A DNA stretch of 64,000 bases from the human T2T-CHM13v2.0 reference genome, Homo sapiens. The first letter of the stretch is position 1; each line of letters begins with the position of its first letter. The notes beneath the pieces were generated by a model. It did no database searches and had not been told where the DNA came from. It was given only the letters and a program-made list of their open reading frames with translations. Position numbers and translations under genes: made by a program. This document shows, one piece after another, positions 44,451-56,597 of this stretch. The stretch lies in the NCBI RefSeq assembly GCF_009914755.1, contig NC_060932.1; one strand, written 5' to 3'.

Positions 44451-45015
44451 GTGAGAGGCATTATTACTAAATCACAGTGGTTTGCTCAAGGTTATCCATA
44501 CAAGAAATGTGTGTTGAACTCCTGCTGTTTGTCAATGCTACTTATAATCTGGTAGGGGAGACAGATACATAAGTAAACAATTTTAATACACCCATTTGAT
44601 CATGCCAAAATTTTGTTTCTCAAATTTTCTCACACCTCGAATCGAATTAATCAGCATTTCTATCTTCTCTACCCACAAAATGCTGTAACCAGAATCCAGT
44701 CTCTTTCCATACCTCCACCTGATCCTGTGCCTGAGCCACTATCTCCTCCCACCTGGACTGCTGTGATTTTCTCCTACCTGGTCTTCCTGCTCCCACGTTG
44801 CTCTAATAGAGTTTCCACACTTCAGTCAAAGTAAAATTTTAAAACCATGTATCAGATCTTGTTACACCCCTCTTCAAAATCCTTCAGTGGCTTCATGGTA
44901 TACGTAAAACAACAGGTCCAAGTCCATCCCATAGGAATCATGTGATCTGACCCAGAGATACCGTCTGATTTATCTCCTACGACCCTATGCCTTGCTCGTG
45001 CCATGCTAGTCATAG

Positions 45016-45435
<420 letters not shown>

Positions 45436-46757
45436 TGACACCCTAATTTCAGTCAGATCTTTTGACAAGGGTTATCGCTCCAGAGAGGACTTTTCTCACC
45501 ACTGTTATTTAAAATTGCCACCCAAACTCCTGTTTACTTTATTTATACATAACTCCTAATAGGATATCTGTTTTTATTTATTTTCAACCTCTTCCTCTAG
45601 AACATAAGCTCTATTATTTTACAGATGTTGTCTTTATGGTTCTCTGCTGATTCCCTGGAACAATGCATGGCATATAGTAGATTCTCAGTTGATTATAAAT
45701 TAAACAAATACATAAATATGCATGTTATCCCTATGACACTAGAAACTCCTGTGTATCTTATTTATATTCAGGCTGTATAATCACGGTTTGGCATAGTTCT
45801 TATCATGTATTCAGCAGAAGGAAGGAAGGGAGGGAGGAAGGGATAATAAAATCCATAAATCCATTAAACCAGGCACACCTCGACTGCATTGATGGTGACA
45901 CAGTCAGCACCTCCATTTTGTAAACTTCCCTCCTCCTGAGATATGTTACATGTGACATCTCAAATATGGACTGAGATTGCTAGGTTGATCTGGATATTGA
46001 ATATTAATAATGGTTAATTTTTAGCTTTAGATGGACAACAAAAATAGAGGAAGTAACGTTTTATTTCCTTACCCCATGAGATTATATGCTCACATGCATG
46101 CACACACGCACATACACACACACACAGACACACTGGTATCCTCTGTATTAAATTATTAAATCATAGACCATTTGAAAGAATGCACAGCAGGGTGATTAAG
46201 AGCACCAGCTCTAGAGTTAGACCAACTTGGGTTTAAATGGAACTTTGTAACCATAAACAAGATGCTCAGCCTTTCTAAACTTCCATTTATTAATCTGTAA
46301 AATAAAGTCAATGGTAAGTGCCTACTTTAGGGGATTATGGCAAAGACTAGGATCATGCATGCAAAAGAGCACAACACCTGGCACACATAAAACATTCAAG
46401 AAATGTTTCTTGTTATTACATAAGAAGCAAAGTAAAGTAAAAGAGGAAAAGAAGTCTTTCAAGATGTTTTATTTCCTAAAACACAAAAGTTTACTAATAT
46501 ACCAAGGCAAAAAGCAGAAGAGTCAAAGATGGCTTTTTACATTCTTTCATTCATTTTGTAATAAGTGTGGTCTGCTATACATTGTATAAAACATGGTGGG
46601 TTGGGGGTTCAATAACATTTTCAAATAATAAACATGAAAAATTTGGAAGAAATAAATATATTAATAATAATATAAAATTAGATATTTTTTGAAACAAGAA
46701 AATATGAGCTCAACATCTGAGCTATTACTAAATAACTGTGATTTCTGGGCTTAACAG

Positions 46758-47787
46758 GTATTCCATGCTGGCCAGGCTTTCCGGTTGGGGCGATATCCAA
46801 TACATTGGCACCTGCTTGGAGACTTACAGTTTAAATCTTATGTAAGAGGCTGTGCAATTCACCAGGCCTATAACAGAGCTGTTACTATTCATAACACACA
46901 CCATCTTCTGGTTGAGAGGAATATTATATATGATATTAAGGGAGGAGCATTTTTTATAGAAGATGGTATTGAACATGGCAATATCCTCCAGTATAACTTG
47001 GCAGTATTTGTACAGCAAAGTACCAGTCTTCTGAATGATGATGTGACCCCGGCTGCATTTTGGGTCACCAACCCGAACAATACCATACGACACAATGCTG
47101 TTGCTGGTGGCACTCACTTTGGCTTTTGGTACCGGATGAACAACCACCCTGATGGGCCATCCTATGACAGAAACATTTGTCAAAAAAGAGTTCCCCTTGG
47201 CGAATTTTTTAACAATACTGTCCATTCTCAAGGTTGGTTTGGAATGTGGATCTTTGAGGAATATTTCCCCATGCAAACGGGATCTTGTACATCTACAGTG
47301 CCTGCACCTGCAATATTTAACTCACTTACTACTTGGAATTGTCAAAAAGGAGCTGAATGGGTCAATGGAGGTGCCCTTCAGTTCCATAACTTTGTGATGG
47401 TGAATAACTATGAGGCTGGAATTGAGACTAAGAGGATCCTGGCTCCTTATGTTGGAGGGTGGGGTGAAACCAATGGAGCGGTGATTAAAAATGCCAAAAT
47501 AGTCGGCCATCTTGATGAACTGGGAATGGGGTCTGCATTTTGCACAGCAAAAGGCCTGGTTCTCCCATTTAGTGAAGGCTTGACTGTCTCTTCTGTGCAC
47601 TTTATGAACTTTGACCGTCCCAACTGTGTAGCTTTGGGAGTGACATCCATCTCTGGAGTTTGTAATGACAGATGTGGGGGTTGGAGTGCAAAGTTTGTTG
47701 ACGTCCAGTATTCTCACACACCGAACAAGGCTGGCTTTCGCTGGGAACATGAAATGGTAATGATTGATGTTGATGGCTCACTTACAG
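46758..47787 (+). CDS. PKHD1L1: PKHD1L1 large coding exon (prov. 49), PbH1 right-handed beta-helix
   Basis: taacag|GTA TTC...ACA G|gtaatg; 1030 nt; GQAFRLGRYPIHWH, FFIEDGIE, FWVTNPNN, DVDGSLTG motifs. Confidence 0.96.
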
Positions 47788-49119
47788 GTAATGTTATTTT
47801 TTAATTTGTGATAAAAATCCATTGGAAATATGTTTGTGTTAGCACAGAATTGAATTGTTAAAGCAGACTTAGGTGCCTTACAGATCTTACCCAATAGCAA
47901 ACTTTACTAATAATTTAAATGATAGAGGCAAGCACCAGGCACAGATGAGACATTCGTTTCTGGAAGAGCCCCAATCTGTCAGAGACAGCCTCCAAATATG
48001 TCCTTTTTCTCCTGCATTGGCACATTGATTTTAAATTAACAGAAAATTTTGGGCAATATTCATGGAAACATTGATCACAAAAGGAAACCATTTCAGTTTT
48101 AGAATGCCTCCATTTTAAACTCAGTTAATTGCACAGATAAGAAACTGCTTACATCACTACCCTAATTTTTCAGCCAGTCATGCTCCAGAAACATATAAAT
48201 TGCAGGCTTATTTACAAAAGCAATATAGACAGACTGTATCTATCCTTGCGAAAATACTTTTAAGAGAAGAAATAAGTCACAAACCAGCTGTGAACCCTTT
48301 TATTCCAATCTAAATCCTAAATTTGTAATTTATTCAAAGAATACCAAAAGAACAAAATTCCATATACATTGTAGGTTAAATTTTTTTAGCATTTCAAGTT
48401 CAGAGTATGTCACATTTTCAATATTTCATAAACATTCATGATTTCTAGAATTTAGCATCTTTACAAATTGTAAATGATAAAAAATCTGTCTAAATAAGAT
48501 AGCGAGGATATGTGCCTCATACTTTGTGAGTCAATCGACAGGTAAACCTATAGATGGTAATGATTTACTTTTGAAAGACTCTGAAGGATGAAAGAAGATT
48601 CATCTCAAAATTCAAATGCAAAAGTTGAGTTTTCAACCACAGTTGTTAACTTCTGTTTCAAGTATAATCGTAACTTTAAAGAGGGAGAATGTTTGGATGC
48701 CTTTGATATATAAAGCTTTGTGTAATGTTTATTGATTTACTTAATTCAGTTTAAGTTTTTAATGTTAATTGGTAGTCTACTAGTTTCGAGTAAAGGCTTT
48801 ATGGTCATAACACCTGGATTTAAATCCTCTGTGTCCTTGAATAGGCTACTCATCCCACTTCCCATTTCCAAGTTTGACTCTTATGGGTGCTTCAGACCCT
48901 GTGTTTCAGCTAAATCTACAATAATATTCCTGACCAAAGAGCCACTGCAAAGCTTCTGTATGAGATCCTCTTGCTCCATGCAAACAAGCAAACAAACAAA
49001 ACTACCCAGACTTTTAGACTGTATTAGTGGTACTATGGGTCACAATTCTGTATATTGTAGACCTTTTTTATGTTTCTTAATGTGAAATAAAAAACATATT
49101 TTGTTTGTTTGTTTCCCAG

Positions 49120-49311
49120 GGCACAAAGGACATACCGTCATTCCACACAGCTCATTGCTAGACCCTTCTCATTGTACTCAGGAAGCTGAGTGGAGCATTG
49201 GGTTCCCTGGATCAGTCTGTGATGCTTCAGTCAGCTTTCACCGTTTAGCGTTCAACCAGCCTTCTCCAGTATCTCTGCTTGAAAAGGATGTGGTTCTTTC
49301 AGACTCTTTTG
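49120..49311 (+). CDS. PKHD1L1: PKHD1L1 coding exon (prov. 50)
   Basis: tcccag|GG CAC AAA...TTT G|gtaagt; 192 nt; phase 1-1. Confidence 0.93.
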
Positions 49312-49539
49312 GTAAGTGGAATATATTAGTTTAAACAACTAATTTAAATATATCTTCCTAAACTTTTGTCATCATCTTCTTGCATTGTTACTTGGTTGTT
49401 CAAACATTGCAAAAAGTATAACATTTATATTAGAGTCCAAGCAGGAAACAAATAATACTCTCGAAGTAGGTGTTTGAGAAGCATTTTATAAATGCAGAGG
49501 CTAGCGAAATATTCTGCTGATCAAGAAACCTCCAGACAA

Positions 49540-50109
49540 TATTATGACAGAGAGAGGGAGCGTTGGCACAGCCCTTGGAGCAAGTAAAAATGTACCAGTG
49601 TTCCTGCCACTCAAAGCAAATGTTTTTGATTGTCCTTGCTGATTGAGATGGGATGGGGGAGCATTTACTAGGTTAATAGCTGCCTAACAGGTGCCAGGGA
49701 TTGTGGATTTACTGATTTGTTCCGGTAAAGGTACAATACCTGGAACACCAGATACGCTTGGCATCATTACCTGATTATGTTGCATTAATTTACTGTCATT
49801 GTTCATAATCCATCTGGCATTTGCACCAGCCAAACGAGCAAGCTAACTAAATGGGGATGTGGTGAAAATCCTGAATCTCACGTTTCTTAAATCTTCAATC
49901 ATGGCACTAATCTCTACATTCCGCCCCTGCCCCGCCCCCCTTCCCCCCACTGCCCCGCCCCAACTCAAGGATTTAAACTTGCTTTTATTTGATTAAGGAG
50001 GTGGCAAAATGGTTCCTAGAGTATAGAGTATCCACATAGTTCCTCCTACTATATTTGACCCTACTCCATTAGTTGGGGAACCAGTGTGGGAATTCTTCCA
50101 GTTATTAAG
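49540..50109 (-). mobile_element. Degenerate ERVL pol (RT N-terminus) remnant
   Basis: Minus-strand pieces LNNWKNSHTGS, EISAMIEDL, TTSPF, WLVQMPDG, AAINLVNA, PRAVPTL/QGCANA align by eye to ERVL LSSWQNPHIGS...EISATIKDL...AAIDLANA...PQGYINS. Confidence 0.72.
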
Positions 50110-50130
50110 TCTGCCTAGTCTCACTCTACC

Positions 50131-50835
50131 TGACCTAACCTACCCTGACTGGCTCAGATCTGTATCTCTATCTCTTTATCATTCCATCCATCATCTCTCT
50201 AGAAATTATTAGTTAAAATATCTATTTATAATGAATCCACTCTCACAAAATATACTGTTCTGAGGGACTGCAGATTCTGAAAAATGGAAAAAGCATTGAT
50301 GAATCAAAGATTTGCTAAACAAAATCTTTATATCATCATCAAATATGGTTTTTTACATTTTCTGGGTAAATCTAAATGATGCAGCTTCTTGACAGCAATA
50401 TGGAAAACTGTCATCATCAAGGTCTAAACACATAATAAGGAATCGTAAGTATAGAAAAAGAGTTTAATAACAGAATCCAAGTGCACTTATTTTTTCTCTT
50501 ATAGTGTCAATATTTACCATTTCTCATCAGTATTGCAAATACTTTCATGTTACTTTAAAATGCTATCAATATTGTTGAATTTCCCCCATTTAATGATATT
50601 TACAAAGTAGAGACTTGCCATTTAAAAATTTTAAACGATGTATCTCAATATAAACCAATTAAGATTTGAAAGTGTTTAGCATAATTATACCAGCCACATG
50701 ACAGCTGCTAAAATTACTTATGTCAAATCCATCAGGACATGCTGGAATTTTGTTATTACACTCCATGTTGTCAGCTTCTCTTATTAAGATATTTCTTAGA
50801 AGAATTTCAACTCCTGCCCTCATTTCAAATGGAGC
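50131..50835 (-). repeat. Inverted local duplicate of 42261-43022 (3' half of exon 47 plus start of intron 47)
   Basis: For example TGTCAAATCCATCAGGACATGCTGGAATTTTGTTATT at 50721 is the reverse complement of the exon 47 3' end; AACAGAATCCAAGTGCACTTATTT is the reverse complement of ~42647-42670. Confidence 0.92.
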
Positions 50836-50856
50836 CAGTCTTTTAGATTTTATATA

Positions 50857-51099
50857 TGATTCAGGAAGGCAGGTATTTCTGCATTTATGACATAATAGCT
50901 TTCTTGTTAAGTCTCTCTGTGCCCTTTAAGAATTAAGATTTTTTATTTAGTTACTAAACTGTGAATACCTAGAGGGCAATATCTACAAACTTACATTTCT
51001 GATGCCGTAAGACTCATCACAGAACATTGTAAATAGTAAGTACTCAGCAAGTGTTGAATTAAATGGAATTAGTTGCAATACTCAGACCATATTGCAAAT
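50857..51099 (+). repeat. Direct repeat copy 1 (pairs with 54961-55217)
   Basis: Shared AAGAATTAAGATTTTTTATT...TACTCAGCAAGTGTTGAATTAAATGGAATTAGTTGCAATACTCAGACCA; about 14 mismatches in the ~170-nt core by hand count. Confidence 0.93.
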
Positions 51100-51116
51100 A
51101 CTCAAACCAGATTTTA

Positions 51117-51440
51117 TATGTCTGTTTCCACTGTACATTCTGGAACTGGAGAAAGAACCATAATATGTCCCCATGACCCTACTGGTCTCACTGTGAGACT
51201 AAGTGAAGACTCATCCATCACTTGCCCTTGATAAGCCCCCATTCTGGCTGGTGGGCCATGTTAGCATGTTAGCATTGGTGACTTCGAGGATTATTAGCAT
51301 CAGTTTAGAGCCAGGATCTAATAATATGGAAGGTCTGGTTATTTTTCTTTCCTTAGTATAATCGGCCACATATCTCTTTCACTCAGTGGTGGGGCTTTTG
51401 GTCTGTGAATTGGCTTGGATCTAGAAAATAGGTAAGAAGC
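51117..51440 (-). mobile_element. Degenerate ERVL protease remnant
   Basis: Minus-strand LLDPGSKLMLI (cf. LLDTGSELTLI), HGPPARMGAYQGQVM, LTVRPVG...VLSPVPECTVETDI. Confidence 0.78.
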
Positions 51441-52680
51441 AGTGAATTTCTACCTAGGTAATTTGAGTTAGACTTCTGCCGTCTTAAGACCTCTGTTAGT
51501 TTTCTTCCTATATGCAAACCAAATATCACCTTAATATGCTACTCATCTAATCTTTGGAATCTCAAGATCAATCAATCAGCTATCACAGATTCCTGCAGTT
51601 CAGAGCACTCTGATTCCTCTGCCCAGTGACTATTGTGCTAATTAAACCTACCTTTATATCTAATGGTTAAGCACTGACTCCTGCCACTTTTAGATTCCGT
51701 TATTCTTACTGGGATCAAAAAACCCAATCCCATGGCACCATCCCCTACCAGCATTTCTGGCATTGAGAGAACAGCTACCATAGAACTCTTCAAAGAGCTA
51801 GTAAGGGGAAAATGCTATTACCATTACTGGCCCTGAAAAGATGAAGGGAAGGAACAGTTACATGGACCCAGAGACAGAGCTGTATGAAGAAGGCTGCCTG
51901 AAAGAAGCTGTGCCCCTTGGTTGAGAGATACAAGAGCCCACCAATATCCCCCTACATTCCCTAAGGGTGAGAATCAGGGCAATAAATACCTCTCTTTCAC
52001 CTTTCTCCTTCCCTCTCTTCTCTTTACTGTGTTTCTTACTGTCTAAACCCAACCAGAAGCTAGAAGGCAAAGGAGCAGGGTAGAGAAGGGTGAAAAGTGG
52101 ATCTACAGGAGAAAACCTAAGTGTGCAGTGCCACTTCCATCATTCCTTATGATGATATAAGTTATTACATTTAATTTTAAAACATTTTTTCTAGGTTTTT
52201 TTCCCCTGTGAATTAAAAGGGTCATGTACCTGCTATCTGAGTAATAGCTATACCCACTGTCACAGTGCCTTAATAATATAAACCCAGAAACCTTTGCTTT
52301 TCTTCTGATAACTAGATGTCCAGAATGGAATGATGTTACTTAAACTTTTAAAGTCTGTGGTACAATAAAATATTTTAAACAAAATATCTATGAATGTTTC
52401 TTCCAAATAAAAACTGAAACAAAAGTAACCAAAACATCAAAAGCAAATGAAATTATTTTATCTAATGAAGTGATATTTTAGTATTTCCCATTACTGTATC
52501 ATAGAATAGTTTCTTATTTAATCATCCTTTTACATACTTTATGGCATACCTGTGAGTAAACTGAACATTAGTACTTTATTAAAACATGATTTAAGATACA
52601 CTTTTTCAGAAACACAGACATGTGCAACCTTCCTAAGTAAATTATTTTAAATATACAACATAATAAAGTATATATTCCTT

Positions 52681-54801
52681 ACAAGTTGATCCCCAAAAAT
52701 ATTTGGATGAAGATTGGGAAAAGTATCTGGAGGATCCTGCTTTTGATACCAGTTACTCTACTGAGCCTTGTTGGAAATACTCAGATCATCATGAAAACAA
52801 ATACTGTGATCTGGAGTGTAGCCATACTTGTAACTGCAAAACGAGGTCATCATCATATTTAGATAACTTAGTTTGGAGAGAGAGTGAAGTTAACCATTAC
52901 TATGAACCCAAGCTTATTATAGATCTTTCCAATTGGAGAGAACAAAGCAAAGAAAAAACTGATAAGAAAGGCAAATCAAAATGTGAAAGGAATGGATTGG
53001 TTAAAGCCCAGATAGCGCTAGAGGAAGCATCACAGCAACTGGCTGGAAAAGAAAGGGAAAAGAAGCAGGGATTTGATTTTGATTCCTTTATTGCAGGAAC
53101 TATTCAGCTTAGTTCCCAGCATGAGCCTACTGATGTTGTTGATAAATTAAATGACTTGAATAGCTCAGTGTCCCAACTAGAATTGAAAAGTTTGATATCA
53201 AAGTCAGTAAGCTGAGAAAAACAGGAAAAAGGAATGGCAAATCTGGTTCAATTAGAAGCCTTGTACCAATCTTCTTGGGACAGCCAGTTTCTGAGTGGTA
53301 GGGAGGACTGTTTTTTCATAAATCAGTTTTGTGAGGTAAGGAAGGATGAACAAGTTGAAAAGGAAAACACACTAGTTACTTGGATAAGTTCTTTAGCAGG
53401 AAAGAAGATCCTGAAATGCTAGAAACTGAGCCAGTAGAGGATGGGAAGCCTGGGGAGAGAGAAATGAGGAAGGATTTCTGAACAACAGTGGGGAGTTCCT
53501 CTTTAACAAGCAGCTCGAGTCCATAGGCATCCCGCAGTTTCACAGTCCAGTTGGGTCACCACTTAAGTCAATACAGGCCACATTAACACCTTCTGCGATG
53601 AAATCTTCTCCTCAAATTCCTCATCAAACATACAGCAGCATCTGAAACATCTAAACTAAAACACTCAGCAGACATTTACCTTTGTATTCTTCATGAAATG
53701 TGTTTTGTCTTTTTTTATTACTAGTGTTTAAGTCATTTTTTACTTGAATCAGATGGTGTCATTTAGTAAGGGTTTTATGAGTTCTTCTTTTTTAAAATCC
53801 AGACTTTCTTTTTCTACATGTGAGATCGTTTTCATTTTAACTGGCATGTCATTTGCACACAAAAATAAAGACTAGAGCAAAATAATGCAACGCAGGAGGA
53901 GAAAAGAAATGCACAAAGACAAGTAAAGAACATTCTCTCATAGAACAATGATCTGTTTTACAGGAAACAGACCTTGCCTTGAAATTTACACAGTGAGACT
54001 GTACATAATTGCATGAAAGTAGCTATTTTTTTCTAAGACATTTTTCATTCATGAGTATTTCCAAGTATTTCATACTGTACACATTTCTTAAAACACATGA
54101 TACCAGCAGCAACTGAAAATGAATGCCGAATTTGGTTCACATGTGTTATCTACCTCACGGTAACAAGAGTATGTGGCAAAACATATACCGCCCATAGTGC
54201 TTCACAAAATGCGCTTCTATTTAGACAGCCTTTATTGTAGTAAACTGTTCTTAATGAAACTCATTCACTGTTTACAAATGTTCTGGTATGCATTCTTTAT
54301 AGTGAAGTGTTAATACATCACATCTTATTTATTTTAGCAAATCAGCATATCTTCTGTATTTAATTATAAAAATTAACTTAGTTTTTAAAATTTATTTGCA
54401 AATACACTTTTTCCATTTGACACTATGGTTTGTTGCCTACCTAGCTGAATCTATAATGTCAGCTTATCCTAAGGCTGTCCACATACTTAATTTACTTAAG
54501 TGTTCATTTTAAGTAACGTGCTCACTGTATATAGGAATTTGTATTTTGGAGGTGCTTGATCTACAAAGAAAAATTAATTAGGAATTACTTTATTATAAAA
54601 TGCTCCTAGAAGTCTTAATTGTGTTTATTTTTTTAAAAAAATAATGTTAGACTTGTGCGCATGGAAGTAATTAAGGTACATCATATTGTAGTTTAAAAGT
54701 TGTACATGATAAGACATTTTGTTTTTACTGTATGTTTTTACTGAATGATCTATCCCCCATCCCAAGGCAAGCATGAATAAAATTAAGTTAAACATAAAAA
54801 A
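52681..54801 (+). pseudogene. MAPK6P5: 5'-truncated processed pseudogene of MAPK6/ERK3 (C-terminal tail plus 3'UTR); probably MAPK6P5
   Basis: Encodes ERK3 tail motifs (YLEDPAFD, HYYEPKLIIDLSNW, FDFDSFIAGTIQL, LKHLN*). No kinase domain. Premature TGA at 53213 and later frameshifts. AATAAA at 54776, A-tract at 54796, TSD AATAAAGTATATATTCCTT at 52662-52680 and 54802-54820. The locus number is from memory. Confidence 0.93.
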
Positions 54802-54960
54802 AATAAAGTATATATTCCTTTAACTATTAATTTTTAAGCACTAATATTCAAACATCTAAGCTTTCAAATCTCTAAGCTTTCTTTTTGTGGTTATTTTTAG
54901 TGGTGGTGAGGATTTTAGAAAGGAGCTTTTGTTTGCTTATTTGTCTATATTCTGGTTTTT

Positions 54961-55217
54961 TGATTCAGGGAATCTGGTATTTCTGAATTTATAACATTTT
55001 AGCTTTCTTGTCACGTTTCTCTGCACCCTTTCATCTATTCCCTTCAAGAATTAAGATTTTTTATTGAGTTACTAAACTGTGAATACCTAGAGGGCCAGAT
55101 CTACAAACTTATCTTTCTGACGCCGCAAGGCTCAACGCAGGACATTGCAAATAGTAACTACTCAGCAAGTGTTGAATTAAATGGAATTAGTTGCAATACT
55201 CAGACCACATTGCAAAT
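54961..55217 (+). repeat. Direct repeat copy 2 (likely the template; includes an L2-like 3' end)
   Basis: See 50857-51099; has a ~14-nt extra segment near 55032. Confidence 0.9.
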
Positions 55218-55771
55218 TAGAGAAAACACTATGCTAGGCATTTTACTTCTGTGTGTGAAAAAAAAAAATCAACTGTATAGTAAAGTACATTTGGCTACTT
55301 TGATCTCCATTAAAGTCAAATAAAATTATTTACTTCTAAAAGTTAAAAACAGAAAAAGATAACTTGTCCTGATTGTATATGTATGCTGAGTGAAACAAAA
55401 GTTTAAAAAGTATACTAGATTAGTGGGAAGTAAGGGTTTGCTATAATTTTACACACGTCCATATATATCTTTATCAAAGCATCTCATGCATGATGGTATA
55501 TCTTTATGTAAATATATGTATAAAGTTATACCAGATGGCAAATTAATTTGAGACACTAACTCTTAATGATCCTATTTTTAGAAAATATCAACTTCAAAGA
55601 GTTTATATTTCAGTCCAAGACACTTAAAACCAACATACTTGAAATGAGTGCAGCTTAAAAAATTAGGAAAAACACAACTTAAAAAAATGGAAATTTGTTT
55701 CACTTGTGAAACTGAATTATTAAGAAATGTCAGGTTAAATGCAATCCCAAGCATCAGAAAACTTCACTGGA

Positions 55772-56096
<325 letters not shown>

Positions 56097-56189
56097 TCAA
56101 TTCAGTGGAATTCCACTTAATTGAGTTCTGCAAATCCAGGAGCAAATTCTAGAGGTTTTGGATGATTTTAATCAGCTCTTCTATGTTAA

Positions 56190-56597
56190 CCATTGCTTCA
56201 CAACAGACTATCTCAAAACTCAATAGCTTAAGCCTACAATCATTTATTCTTAGGTGTCCACAGGCTAGGTTGATTGATCTAGGCTGGGCTCTGCTGGAAG
56301 TCTCTGCTTCAATATAAGGCTTTGCTTCTCCCCAAGGGCTGAGCTCAGGTAACTCCACATGTACTCGTTCCAGGTGTCAGGCAAAGGGAGAGCAGTTACC
56401 TGGAGGAGGCTCTTCTCTTTGTGAAGATAGAGGCTTAAGAAGTCAAACCTCACTGAGCAAGCACTTTTCAAGCATTTACTAGTGTCAGTTCCACTAATGT
56501 CCCATTGGCCAAGATCAATGAAGCAGGGAAGTCTACTTTGCCCTCAAGGAGAAGAAAGGAGTGGATATTTGCTGAACAATAATCCAACTAGTCACAG
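56190..56597. mobile_element. MaLR MLT1-like LTR
   Basis: AAAACTCAATAGCTTAAG...CCCATTGGCCAA...TATTTGCTGAACAATAATCCA motifs. Confidence 0.6.

Noticed and set aside
46824-47750. Antisense ORFs of 150 and 142 aa
   Set aside because: Shadows of the long exon 49, with no independent motif or splice structure
52703-53215. 170-aa ORF as an independent functional ERK3-like retrogene
   Set aside because: It starts at TTG, has no promoter evidence and no kinase domain, and downstream frameshifts indicate decay; only the splice-in hypothesis was kept
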